55,190 nucleotides of DNA, filler included, from Sphacelaria rigidula (GCA_964200075.2; 5 parts of 5 records of this genome joined end to end with filler, not necessarily neighbours in it); one strand, 5' to 3'; positions 12,531-23,700 are shown, counted from the whole stretch's first letter. The notes: a model not told the origin generated them from the sequence alone. Numbers and translations: made by a program.

Positions 12531-14105
12531 ATGATTCGGCGTTGCGGTGTGGTTCGCACGACCGGAAAAGGCCGAGAGCGGCCTACGGCTGGCCCTGCTT
12601 TGGTCATCCATGATCGTTACCAATCGCGTGCGCGGAATCCCCTCCTCGACGACGGTGCTGTCCTGCAGCATGTGCTCCTCTACGCGTGCGGCGAAGGCTA
12701 TCTGTTTCTAGGCGGGGTGTCCACCAGCTGGAGGGGCGCCTGGGGGAGCCGTCCCAAAGTAACGCCCCTGACTGTCGTGGGGCAGTCGCTCTCGTGCTTG
12801 GTGTGGGGGGTCGAGTCCGGCTGCCGCTTCGGCGGAGAGGCCGAGTGGAACAGCGCTTGGAACAAGATGAGCACGTGTGTTCTGGCTGCTAGAGGCGGAG
12901 ACGTTGAAGCTCTACAGTACGCTCGTCGTCTTGGCTGTAAATGGAGCGAGAGAGCGTGCGCCACAGCTGCCCGAGAGGAGCATCTCGAGGTGATCCAGTG
13001 GAGCAGGGCTCACGGCTGCCCCTGGGACGCGCTGACCTGTGCATGGGCTGCACGAGGGGGACACCTGCGGGTGTTGCGGTGGTGCAGGGCCAACGGGTGC
13101 CCATGGGACGAGATGACCTGTGTGGGAGCTGCTGCGGGCGGGCATCTGGAGGTGCTTCAGTGGTGCCGAGCAAATGGCTGTCCTTGGGGGTCGTTGACAT
13201 TTGCGGCAGCAGCTGGGACTGGGAAGCTTCACGTACTGCAGTGGTGCAAGGCCAACGGATGCCCTTGGATCACGTCTGGAGAACCAGGATGGGATGCGCC
13301 GTACAGAACTAACCCCCGACCGTTTGAATTCGTGTCGTGGCTATCGTACTTTACCCGCAGCCAGCTACGGCTTGGAGGTGCGACCATATGCACTGCAGCT
13401 GCTCACGAGGGACACCTGGAAGCGGTTCAGTGGTGTAGGGCCAATGGCTGCCGTTGGGACGAGATGACGTGCGCGGCAGCTGCTTCACGAGGTCATCTGG
13501 AGGTGCTACAATGGTGCAGAGGAAACGGCTGCCCCTGGGACTCTAGCACGTGCACCTCCGCTGCCACAGGAGGGCACTTGGCGTTGCTGATTTGGTGCCG
13601 TACCCGTGGCTGCCCTTGGGATGAAGCAACGTGTGAGGGAGCGGCTAGGCATGGGCACCTGGAGGTGCTACAGTGGTGTCGTGCCAATGGTTGCCGATGG
13701 GATGAACAGACATGGAAAAGCGCTGTCAGGAACGGTCACTTGAGAATTCTACGGTGGTGCAAAGTCAGCGGCTGCCCGACGCCTAGGGAAAACGGCTTCA
13801 TCATGTGTAAAAGCCTCGGTGTACTACGTTGGCTCCATGCCAATAATCTGATGAAGGTGGACGATATGGACATGGGGGGGTATGCTTTCTTTCTTATGGG
13901 CAATCTAGAGGTGCTCCAGTGGCTCAGGGCTGAAGGCTGCCCTTGGACGGAGATGTTAAGCACCGACGCGGCAACGTACGGTCATCTCGAGGTACTGAAG
14001 TGGTGCACGGCAAATGGCTGTCCATGGGATGCTAGGATATGTGCGTTCGAGGCTGTATCATGTCAGCAACTTCACGTGATCCGATGGCTAGAGGCGAGGA
14101 GGTGA
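12531..14105 (+). CDS. Intronless ankyrin-like repeat protein with 25-aa 'GHLEVLQWCRANGCPWD' repeats and an N-terminal F-box-like segment
   Basis: Roughly 13-15 periodic repeats AA.GGHLEVLQW.R.NGCPW, a type common in giant viruses and algae. N-terminal NPLLDDGAVLQHVLLYACGEGYLFLGGVSTSWR resembles an F-box. First in-frame ATG is at 12531. Confidence 0.88.
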   Translation: MIRRCGVVRTTGKGRERPTAGPALVIHDRYQSRARNPLLDDGAVLQHVLLYACGEGYLFLGGVSTSWRGAWGSRPKVTPLTVVGQSLSCLVWGVESGCRFGGEAEWNSAWNKMSTCVLAARGGDVEALQYARRLGCKWSERACATAAREEHLEVIQWSRAHGCPWDALTCAWAARGGHLRVLRWCRANGCPWDEMTCVGAAAGGHLEVLQWCRANGCPWGSLTFAAAAGTGKLHVLQWCKANGCPWITSGEPGWDAPYRTNPRPFEFVSWLSYFTRSQLRLGGATICTAAAHEGHLEAVQWCRANGCRWDEMTCAAAASRGHLEVLQWCRGNGCPWDSSTCTSAATGGHLALLIWCRTRGCPWDEATCEGAARHGHLEVLQWCRANGCRWDEQTWKSAVRNGHLRILRWCKVSGCPTPRENGFIMCKSLGVLRWLHANNLMKVDDMDMGGYAFFLMGNLEVLQWLRAEGCPWTEMLSTDAATYGHLEVLKWCTANGCPWDARICAFEAVSCQQLHVIRWLEARR

Positions 14106-14126
14106 TGCTTTCTAGCGCATTTCCCG

Positions 14127-14489
14127 ATGCTACATCGGTCGGCGATGCTGGCTACGCAGCATCATCTTCACGGTTGCGGTGTTTTGGCGGGAGCTTGTGC
14201 GATATCCGTCGCTGTTTTAGCACGCACGCTAGGTGGTACATTGCAGTTAATTCTGTCATATGTCTGTTGGGTTGGTGCCACTATCCTGTTGAGGCAGTTC
14301 GACAACTTTGCTCTCCTGACTGGCTTTTTTGACGCAGCTGTGGTGATTGGCGCTATATTGAATGTCCGGCATATGATGACGTCGCTGAGTTGGATTGTGG
14401 CTATCCTGATGATTCTGGGTGGGGTTGCATACGCGTACGGCCGGCGTCTGGTGGTGAGGGAAATGGCAGGAGTCGGCTACCGGTGGTAA
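14127..14489 (+). CDS. Hydrophobic ORF with ~3-4 predicted TM helices; possibly the C-terminal extension of the upstream ankyrin gene
   Basis: Hydrophobic blocks LQLILSYVCWVGATILL, FALLTGFFDAAVVIGAIL and LSWIVAILMILGGVAYAYG followed by basic RR. Same frame as 12531..14105, separated by a single TGA. Confidence 0.5.
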   Translation: MLHRSAMLATQHHLHGCGVLAGACAISVAVLARTLGGTLQLILSYVCWVGATILLRQFDNFALLTGFFDAAVVIGAILNVRHMMTSLSWIVAILMILGGVAYAYGRRLVVREMAGVGYRW

Positions 14490-17400
14490 GGGCGCTGGCA
14501 AGAGAATCATCGTAGCGACTCTGTCTTTTCCAGTGGAGCTGTACGGAAAATAGGTGCACATATTACATACGTACACAGACTGTGGTGGTATATTTCCCTT
14601 CGTCTTGTGACCCTCGCTCTGCTTTCTAGCTCCGGTTGTCGTTCGCCTTTTGCCCTCGTTTTTCTTCTTGTGTACTCTGCATTTCATGTTGTTTGTTGAA
14701 ATATATATTTTTTGTTCACTTGTCCCTCCGGAGTGTTCAAGTGCACGCGCCCAGAGGGGTACGTACATTGAGGCACATCCTACGACGATTCGGGGTTGTC
14801 AACGTGCGTACAAGATTCATAGACATGATTACGAGGTTGTCAAACACCCTCACAGCATATCAGCACCTGGTGTACACGTTAACCACCCCAAAACAAGCAT
14901 GAAATTCTGCCGTTCAAAAAGTTCTCCTCCAGTCACCTGTGTGTGTGTCTCCTTTGTGAAGACTTGATTGGGAGTTGTTGCCTAATCGTGCGATCTTCGA
15001 ATAGCTGACTCGCAACCTGGTTCTACAATCTTGCTTCCTTTTACGACCTCTTCTTCGAAATTTGTGTGGTGGACTGTTGGGGGTTCTCTTGGCTCCATTC
15101 CCGGATCTCGTATGTCAGTGTATTCCATTCATTTTGATTGTCCTCCCACCATTTTTCTCGAGTTTCCTAGCGAGCGCCTACGCTTGTTCACGATGAGGAC
15201 GTGTACATCTTGCGAGCAATCCGGGATTCATGGTGAATCAGTTGATGTACGACTATCAACCAGCGAATCAACATGCACGCCCTTGACTTGCAGCGCTTGG
15301 TCGGGTGTCATGACTCGAGGTACCGTGTAAGCGAGTAGTAGCCTCAATCAGCGACGTTCCTCGAAGTTTGGGTCTCACCCCTCGTACGAGTTTATCCCCT
15401 GACGCGCGGTCGGTTGTATGGCGGGGTCATGATGGTGGTTTTTGCAGCACGAGGAAGTTCACTTCGTAGCAGCAAAGGAATGGCGCACGATGTGAAGGAC
15501 ATTTCACAGGACATTAAGTACGGTACGTTACACACATGTTGACACTAGGATAGTGCGGAGCTTCACAGTTTGAAGACCGTAAAGCGGGCTATTTATTGGT
15601 GTAACGTCCCGTACCGTGTACCAGCGGCGACTTGTACACGGCTGGTCGTGAGTGTCTGGAGGCTCAGGGAACGTTGGGGTCTTGTTTCATCTTCTCCGCA
15701 CCATTTCTGGTTTTTGGAGGGCTGTTTCATCAATTGTTTTGGTCATTACTAAGACGAAATTTCATTATGCCCACCTCAATTTCTCACCTGGGTTTGTTTC
15801 TTGCATTCCATAGTTTTCGTGCCATTTTTTGTCGGCACCCCGCCCTGCGGAAGATGTATTTGACTTTATACTTCTGCATGGGATATTTTCGGTCCTTCCG
15901 TTGGTGTCGCAGCTGTGTTCCTGCGTAGGATGCTCGTGCGTGTTGGTATTATTTCCCGAGTATCTCTCCTCTTGAGCGAATCCGTTCCACCGTTGGCGGT
16001 CATGTTGTCTTATTTTTTTCGCCAACAAGGTTGATTATTTTTTTCGGATTTCGTTTGGTGTGGGGTGTTTGCTCCTCTGTGGGATGTTCGGTGGCCCCTG
16101 TAGGGTGTGTGTGGTTTTGATGGAGTTCTGTGCGCTCAGAATTTCCCGTCATTTCTCAGACGAGCTGATATCGATAACCTTCACTTTTTCTCACGTCCCC
16201 ACTATTTTTCCTATTTTTGAATATTTTTCAGCGCACGTCTCTCTGTAGAGGATCCGCATTACGTTTCGTCCTCGTGAGAGCTGTAAACAGAATATCATCG
16301 GAATTGAGGATTGAGCTTATCATTGACAATGAAAACCAGGAAAGTGAAAATCTAGCCGGATCACGTCAATTCCCAACATTTTCTCTTTCACCTAGGCTCT
16401 CCAAATTTCGGTCATCGGAGTTCAAAGTTGTATGGCGTGTAGTGGTTGTCAATAGCTACCACATGATGGAGGAACGGAACCATATCTCGCAGAATTGGTG
16501 TGGATGTGAAGATCTTCCATTTTCCGCGTTTTCATCCTCAATGAAAAGCTCCATCCTCACTTTCGATGATCGACCGTTTGTAAGAGCGTGTCTTCTTGGC
16601 ACAGAAAAAAGACTGTCTTCTCGAACCAACTTTGCTATTCAGGGGCCGCGAGTGGTCGGTACGATGCCACGCCGCAACCAATCAGCAGAAATCTGTTCGT
16701 GAAAACTCATTTGCAGGTCCCGCATTTGAATTTTTCAGGTCTGTTTATTCGAGTAGGTACTAGCATACTTGAGTGGAAGAAAATACGTAGCAACGGCGGA
16801 GAGAAATGCCAAGATGTGACCTACAACCCAACAAAATCACGCACGAACCTGAGGACCCCACTGCCGTCAGCCAAACAATATGCAGCTGGAGCTGGAGCTA
16901 TTGATCAGCTCATGATGTTAAGCTTGGGTTTTGGTTAAATCTGCTCAGGCCCATCGAAAAATGATCGTTCGCGTCAAAAGCGCGCCGAAAATATCCACAT
17001 GAGAGATCACCAACGGCAGCGTTTCAGAGGTAAAATGACACGCACACGACCGCCCTTGACCCAATACTGAGCGGATTTCAATTGGAAAATGATCAGCAAG
17101 GATCTAATGCGCGTGCGTAGTGGGTGTCTTGAGGGTAGGGTGCCTGTTGCTAGCGCATGTGTCCTGTGGGATTCATTGCGGCAGACCAACCGCATCATCG
17201 TATCTATGGGATGCAAGTCATGGTTGATCATGGATTGCCTCTCGCTACTGGTCTCGTGCCATTTTCACCCCCAAAATACATTTGCATGCTAGGCGTTGGT
17301 TCGTTGGCTGCCCGATATCCCTCCCTGGGCGGTTCACGTCTTGTTTGTGCACACGAGGTGCCCATTGGTCCAATTCGTGCCAGTCACTTGTGGTCCAAGT

Positions 17401-18854
17401 GTTCAGTATGCTTTGTCGTGTATGTGCTCGTGTTCAGACGCGGCACTCCATGTCGCATTGTGGACTTGGAAGAGTGTGCGTCTGATTCCTCTGTATTGTA
17501 TTCCTGTTGTGCGTGATTATGTCTGTCGCTGGAGCACGGTGCGAGTGTCGTCCGTGATCGTGTTCCTCGAATGTGACATATGCTTGACTTTGTCCTGCTT
17601 CCTGATCGAGGTTTGTCATTCACGATAGTCATTTCATTTCCAAAATAACGACTGGTCGATAACTAAGTTTAGACCCCACCTCGACTTAATTCATTGTTCC
17701 AACACCTCCACCGGTCGTTTTGTGCCTCCCTATTCTCTCGCTAGTACTCACCCCTCGCAACTTTTTCGACGGTTTCAAACAGAAGAAGTCAGCACTCGTG
17801 AATCCACCACTACCTTGGCTGGTATCACTCTTTATGAGCGCCATGGGCGTTATGGTGGTCGGCGAAGGTGCCTGGTGAATTAAGTAGGCTTGAGCCTTCC
17901 TCCAGAGTATGCGCTAGTTTGCTCGTCCTCCGTATAACAATATGCTTGGTGGGACTGCATCCATATGCTGCTGCAGGCGTTGTGCCAAAACCGCACGGCG
18001 GCAGTCCCATGGAGCGTACTCTCTCCTCGAAATCGCGTCGAAATTTTACCTTGGTGCGTAGCTTGGTCCGCCTACCAAAGATTGTTTTCGGTTATTCCGA
18101 TGTGTTCTCCGCCGAAATAACGTGATACTTTTCATCTCCAAATCTCCACACCCGGCTCCCCATTCGGTTTCTTCAGTAGTCTCTCACAAGTTTGGTCGCT
18201 TAGTCGCCGTGGGGAAGCGAACCAAGATGAACAGTTGGCAGTACACGTTCCCAGCTTGCACATAGTTTTGGAAAAGGACCGCCTCTCTCATGCCACTATA
18301 CAAGGCTAGGTAAAGGCTCACGTATTCATGAGTAGACGAGGAGCCAGTGCAACAGGGACGCTTTAAGACGAGAGAAACATAATGACGCCAAAACACCAAG
18401 ATTTTCAGATTCCATGCACTCATCATTTACCCGGCAACAACCGCCGCTCTGCTTGTCCTGTTCACCACTATTTTTCGATCGCGATTACACCAACCTTCTC
18501 AGACGGGTGCTGCGCTTCCTAGTGCAAAACACTCAAGACAATATCATGTTGCTCCGCTTCGTAGTTTGCGGCAGTCGAGATCATATCGCAGTAGGCTACC
18601 TCGTCCCGTCGTCGTGGTCGTACCCCAGCATTTTACATGACGGAGTATATGTGACATTTGTACTGTACTGGTACACCGTAACTGACGCACCCACCCAAAA
18701 GCACACAGTATGGGATATGGGGTATCGAGCATTTACTGTGTCCTACCACGGACAATAACAACATCACTCGTCAACGTTTTGCGCAGCATATTGACTTACC
18801 CGGTTTCGTGACAAAAGGGAAAAGCCGTAGACAACAAAAGTCAAGAACGAACAC

Positions 18855-19232
18855 GTCGCCCCGGTGGCTCAGGCGGTAACCTCGTAACCTTCTGACGGTT
18901 GTGTAGGAGGGTTCGATTCCCGGAGCGATCTCGGATCTTTCTCACACCATGCCCAACAGTGGAGAGACTATGTCGTGGGTACACAAAATTCTACTTAACG
19001 GTCGACGAGGGAGAGGGATTGTTGAACCCCTCTCGCGATGAAAAAAAAAAGGCAAGCACCGCAGAAGAAAGGTGAGATACTAAAGAAAAAAAGAAAAAAA
19101 AACGCTCCTGTGTTGACCTTCCTTCCTCCTGTGTGACCCCGGCTGATGCGTCCACATGTACCGAAAGGTGTAGACTGGCGCCCAGAATAAATGGGACGAC
19201 AACACACAACACACATGCATACATGCATACAC
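18855..19232 (+). mobile_element. tRNA-derived SINE, family A (full length)
   Basis: A-box TGGCTCAGGCGG (18865) and B-box GGTTCGATTCC (18910). Body and 3' tail (ccggctgatgcg...taccgaaaggtgtagactggcgcccagaataaatggg) are shared with three other copies. CA-rich tail. Confidence 0.85.
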
Positions 19233-19669
19233 GAAAGGTCCTAAACATAGAGCAGCAGCACCCCTGCTGCACCATTGCTTTCGGAACACCAACGCACACT
19301 TTACGGCAAGTTGACCGAACTTACCCAGAAAGCGACATGATCAACCAACAGCCACCATATACGACGAGATCCAAGATTCACTGCCACTGGAGGCTGCATT
19401 AACGATACTGCGGATTACCATCACCCCAGGCGACGGAGAGTATACCACCCCCCATCCCTTCATCCTCTCCATCCTTTCCATGGGACACAGTTTGAACGTA
19501 CGCTCCCTCAAGAAATGAAATCAGGTCTTCGTGAAAGGTCCCGATCGCCACGTATCATCTTCAAACGCACAACTTCCGCCACTTTGAGCGACCAGCACAG
19601 GTGTTGGCGAATTCCAGGCTGGTAATTTCATTACCCGGATAACCTTCTGCCGATCTCTGCGTTCACGAT

Positions 19670-21300
19670 GCCGGTGCCTGCCCTGTGCCTCCTCGAGCTA
19701 TACCTCCTGGGCCTCGTCGCGACTGGCAGTCGCAAAGGAACTGCCTCCCGCTTTGATACGCTCGGCCTCTCGTCTACCGAGCGCTTCCGCTTGCCTCCTC
19801 AAGTCCCTACCGCAAGAGATTTCCGGCCACAAATAGAGAACGGCATACTGACCAACATGTCCCAACATGAGTCTTCTAGGGAACGATATGAACCCAATGC
19901 CAGCGACTTCCATGAATTCACTTATGACATCCTTGTTTGAATATCGACAATGAAAGCGATACAAAGTACCCGCACAGCTAGTTTGCACCGTTAGTGATTC
20001 TAGATTACCCAATACCATAAACCCTTCTGGAACCGTTGACGGCAAAATTACGATTTACAGTTGACGTTTTCTTGGGTAAGATATGCTTGTTTTCCTGCAA
20101 GCGTTGATGACACAGCCTACCAAAACAGTGCACCACTCTAAGTTCAAGTATTATCGTGTGACTGATTCGTGCACCGAACTCGAAGTGACGTTTCCCGGTG
20201 ACGAAATCTCGCGTATGAGAGTTCGTACCCTTTCTTGCGAATTCCAAAAGGGTTGAGCAAGTGGCAAGAGTATGTCATCCCTACCAAATGAATTCGGTAA
20301 TTCTGACCGCCTCGCACGGTTCGAAAGATAAAAATGGCGGGAAGAATGGCTCTTTGGCTCTTCCATGGCGTTGTCGCCTCGAGAATAGGAACACAAGAGG
20401 AGGATTTCGTCACCTCGGGAGGACTACTAGCTCTACTACCCGAGAGGACTCCGGCACACTTTCGCCATATGCGGGTTGCACGGAGTTCGATTTTGAAGCC
20501 CATGATTATTTTCTTGCTCTGAACGCCAACGCCACCGATTAGTAGAAACACGCCGACATGTCACGTTCTTTCGAAGCGTCCTCTGTTTGTCTAGCATAAT
20601 GCTACTGCGGCAAAAAATCAGACAGCACACACTTGAGAAAACAAAAGGTGCCCCGGAGCCAAACAGCACAGAAAGCCACTTCGAGGTAAAATCCGTCCAA
20701 CTCTCGTTAAGGGCCAGAAATGATGCGGAAGATGACTAAAGCGGTATTTTGTCGAGAGATCAAGCAGTGGGATTCGTCATTGTATTCGGCACGCAGCCTC
20801 CATACACGGAGTCACACAAAACGTATCGGCCTCGTGCTCTTCATAAAACGTCTGAAAAACTCGCTTCATCGTCGAAGGGTTAGCCCTGTTGTTCCTCTGG
20901 AATGGGGCATCTTCCTCATTTTTACCGTACCGGGAAACGGGATAAAGAAAAAACAGTGACGAGTGTGACGAACTCCACCGAGAAGACAGAATCCACCGGA
21001 AAATGAAGAAAACAAAACCCGGCAGATTTGGTTACGATTCCACAATATACGTGAAACTTCATGGCCAATATCGGAACGTTTTGTAAACAGCGGGCTTGAC
21101 AAGGTGAACAGGCAAGCGCCGAGTCGTGAAGGAAACGAAATCAAGAGAATCATACTGATCATCAAAAGCGATTACACGAGACACTCACCCTGATAGGCAC
21201 CGATTCCAGGTATCGGTGTTCGAAAAGCCCATCGGCTCCAGCTACCGGCGATCAGACGGCTGGTGAAGCACCCCCTCACTGTTTCCACCAACAGATCACC
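19670..21300 (+). pseudogene. Highly degraded Ty3/Gypsy pol relic (RNase H then integrase)
   Basis: Colinear degenerate motifs: RDFRPQIENG...DFHEFTYDILV (RNase H end), VEQVARVCHPYQ (HHCC zinc finger C..C), KQWDSSLYSARSLHTRSHTKRIGLVLF (integrase core WD..L...AYN...H..TG..PF). Confidence 0.5.
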
Positions 21301-21893
21301 TCAAGATCAACAGAGCGAACGGAAACAACGCCTAGATACTGTACAACACGCAATGCTAGTGAAGAACAGTTACGGGAAACCACAATAATGAACAAGCGAG
21401 ACCAAAGAAGCGGAATAAAATATGAGCGTACACGTACGATGGTACATGTACAAGTAAGAAACCAGCGGCCTTGAAAAAATCGTAATAGATTTGTTACATT
21501 GGGCAAAAATGTCGTGAACGTCGGACAGGTTGATGGAAAAATCGCGGACGAGTTTCTCACTATCAGCTTGTCATCTCCCCATCTGACTCAGTCGTGGTCC
21601 GTTTGTTCCTTTCACACCCGTACAGGTGGTCACACTTGTGCTGTATTTCCGTTCTGGGTTCACCCTCTTCACCCTCACCGCCTCCTCGGAATAGGAAAGT
21701 ATGAAGGGGTAGGCAAGCAGGGTTTACACCGAATCAGAGCCGCGTTGACCATGTGTATAAGTTAGGTAAGGTTGTTCAGGGTAGAAAAGACGCCGGGCTA
21801 ACAACGTACTGTTTCTTTCTCGACGCGCAGAAAGCCTACGATACCGTATGGAGAAATTGGCTGTGAGAAGTAATGTGGGAAGCTGGGATCGGA

Positions 21894-22025
21894 GGAAATA
21901 TGTGGAGAATGGTGACAAAGATGACAGGATGCGCGAGAAGTGCCATGATGCTACATGGGGGGGGGTGTGCTCATGATACTTCTCGCGCATCCTGTCATCT
22001 TTGTCACCATTCTCCACATATTTCC
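21894..22025. repeat. Perfect 48-bp inverted repeat (hairpin) at a contig end
   Basis: 21894-21941 is the exact reverse complement of 21978-22025; the 36-nt spacer has a poly-G run. Confidence 0.95.
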
Positions 22026-22216
22026 NNNNNNNNNNNNNNNNNNNNNNNNNNNNNNNNNNNNNNNNNNNNTTAATTAATTAANNNNNNNNNNNNNNNNNNN
22101 NNNNNNNNNNNNNNNNNNNNNNNNNATTTTCTGGTATCGCCACTTCCAGAGACAGCCACAGCTTATACACTGCCTCATGGGTGTCTCACCATGCGCGTAC
22201 CGACCATGCGCGTACC

Positions 22217-22291
22217 GGGGGGGGGCGTACTCATTTGTTGCTTGCCTTAGTCATTTGACCATTGACCACGCATCCCTTTCGAGACGGAGCA
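22217..22291 (-). repeat. ~70-nt interspersed repeat ending in poly(C) (reference copy)
   Basis: Reverse complement is GCTCCGTCTCGAAAGGGATGCGTGGTCAATGGTCAAATGACTAAGGCAAGCAACAAATGAGTACG(C)n. Other copies or variants at ~1851-1928(-), 9842-9905(-), 33183-33256(+), 36831-36885(-), 36986-37055(-), 41775-41851(+), 44070-44137(+), 55065-55163(+). Confidence 0.9.
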
Positions 22292-22379
22292 TACCGGGGG
22301 AGAGATGGGTTGATCCCTTGAGAGCACGGATTCATCCCGAGGAACGGGAGGGGTTCAAAGTGCGAGGAAAACAAAACTA

Positions 22380-23700
22380 GCGGAGTTGATTCGCGTTCTA
22401 CTGTAAAACCTTCCCCTTCTACTGTAGATTCTTCCTCCCCTACTGTATCGTCTGCACCGGCGTGTGCTACGCTTGTGTCCGCAAAGATTGTACATTCACT
22501 CTCTACTGTAGAGGTTGATTTCCCTACTACTGTAGAGTATCTCCCCCTTCCCGCTTAGTCTGATTCCTCGCCTTTCACGGTAGAGTCTTCACCGATACAT
22601 GTCCCGCCTGTACTCGACAAGTTCTTATTCCTCGCCGTCTACTGTAGAGTCTTCCCCCGCTTCCGTAGAATCTGCGTCGCGTTCTACTGTAGAGTTTTTC
22701 CCTTCTACAGTAGAATCTTTCTCCGTTTCCGCATAATCTGATTCGCGTTCTACTATAGAGCCTTCACCGGCGCATGATGCGTCCACGGCTACTGTAGCGT
22801 GTCGTTCACGTACAGAGGAAGTTGATTCTCGTATGAAGCCCCCGAGTAAGGAAATAGATATTTCATACTGCCCCACCAGTCTTGGCTCACACCATATCTC
22901 CACCGAAGGCGTTGTGTCTTCCCCCCTCGGTACCTCTGTCCAGCCCGCTTCCGCTACAAGAGTTTTGCCTGGCCTCTCAGGTGTTACTATCCAGTCCGCT
23001 TCCTCGGCAAGCGATGTACCTTTTATGCGAGCTGTTCCGCGTTTACAGCTTTTGCAGCCAATGTTGATGTCGCTCGCCGGAAGGGAGGGTAATGAAGCGA
23101 GTACCGTCGCCGACCAGCCGGCATCCCCGCAGCCGCTGATTCACGTGGTGAAATTCGAGCCTTCGCCGCCACCGTCATTTCCATAACACCATGTTGTACC
23201 GCCGCCACCACATTATACAGCCACACCGCCGCCGTTATACCTCACTTTACACCCACCACCGGCTTATCATACCGCCGCGCCGCCACCATCACACCATACT
23301 GTCCCGCCGCCGCGACCTCGCCATAATGTCTCGCCGACGCGATCACACCATACTGTCCCTCCGCCGCCACGACGCGCCGCCGCGCCGACACCATCATACC
23401 ATACTGTACCGCCACCAACACCTACCGCGCCGACAATATCGCAGCCGCTACCACTACCTCGTGCTTTCCCGACTTCATCGGTATCGTCGCCAACATCGCA
23501 GCCGCTTCTATTGATGCCGACTCTACCAATGACTCCACCAACAGCACAACAGCAACTGCTGCCGCTACCGCCGACTCCACCGACAATACCGTCGCACGAG
23601 TGGCGTCATCGGTGATGGGCGAATAGAGCAGGGGGGCGGGGACGCACACCGACTCTGCCGGCAACACTTTTTCACGCGTGGCGTCGTCGGTGCCGGTTAG
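22380..23700. repeat. Degenerate coding-like low-complexity repeats
   Basis: ~21-nt units containing 'actgtaga' (minus strand: E/D-S-T-V heptads) at 22380-22830, and 'ccatactgtccc' units at 23190-23420. Frames are interrupted by stops. Confidence 0.6.

Noticed and set aside
12900-14050. CRISPR-like regularly spaced repeats
   Set aside because: The 75-nt periodicity comes from protein repeats with synonymous variation; eukaryotic context and no cas genes.
7576-14105. Divergent pair of ankyrin genes as a cluster or integrated-virus segment
   Set aside because: They lie on different contigs separated by an artificial linker, and no NCLDV core genes are visible.
14500-18800. Numerous short ORFs here and in 24000-27000, 33200-44100 and 52800-55100
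   Set aside because: No domains recognised, overlapping on both strands, often translated microsatellites or SINEs; consistent with intronic or intergenic DNA.
18855-18930. Functional tRNA genes (also at 39640 and 47000)
   Set aside because: A/B boxes are present but there is no proper acceptor stem or anticodon arm, and each continues into a repeat body, so they are SINE heads.
19140-19200. Hammerhead ribozyme in the SINE tail (CTGATGCG...CGAAA); also CTGATGA at ~33220
   Set aside because: The CUGANGA core is not conserved among copies, GAAA is a hairpin loop rather than a core junction, and no compatible three-stem fold was found.
23191-23514. His/Arg-rich 107-aa protein
   Set aside because: Alternative-frame reading of the low-complexity repeat, with no ATG-independent support.
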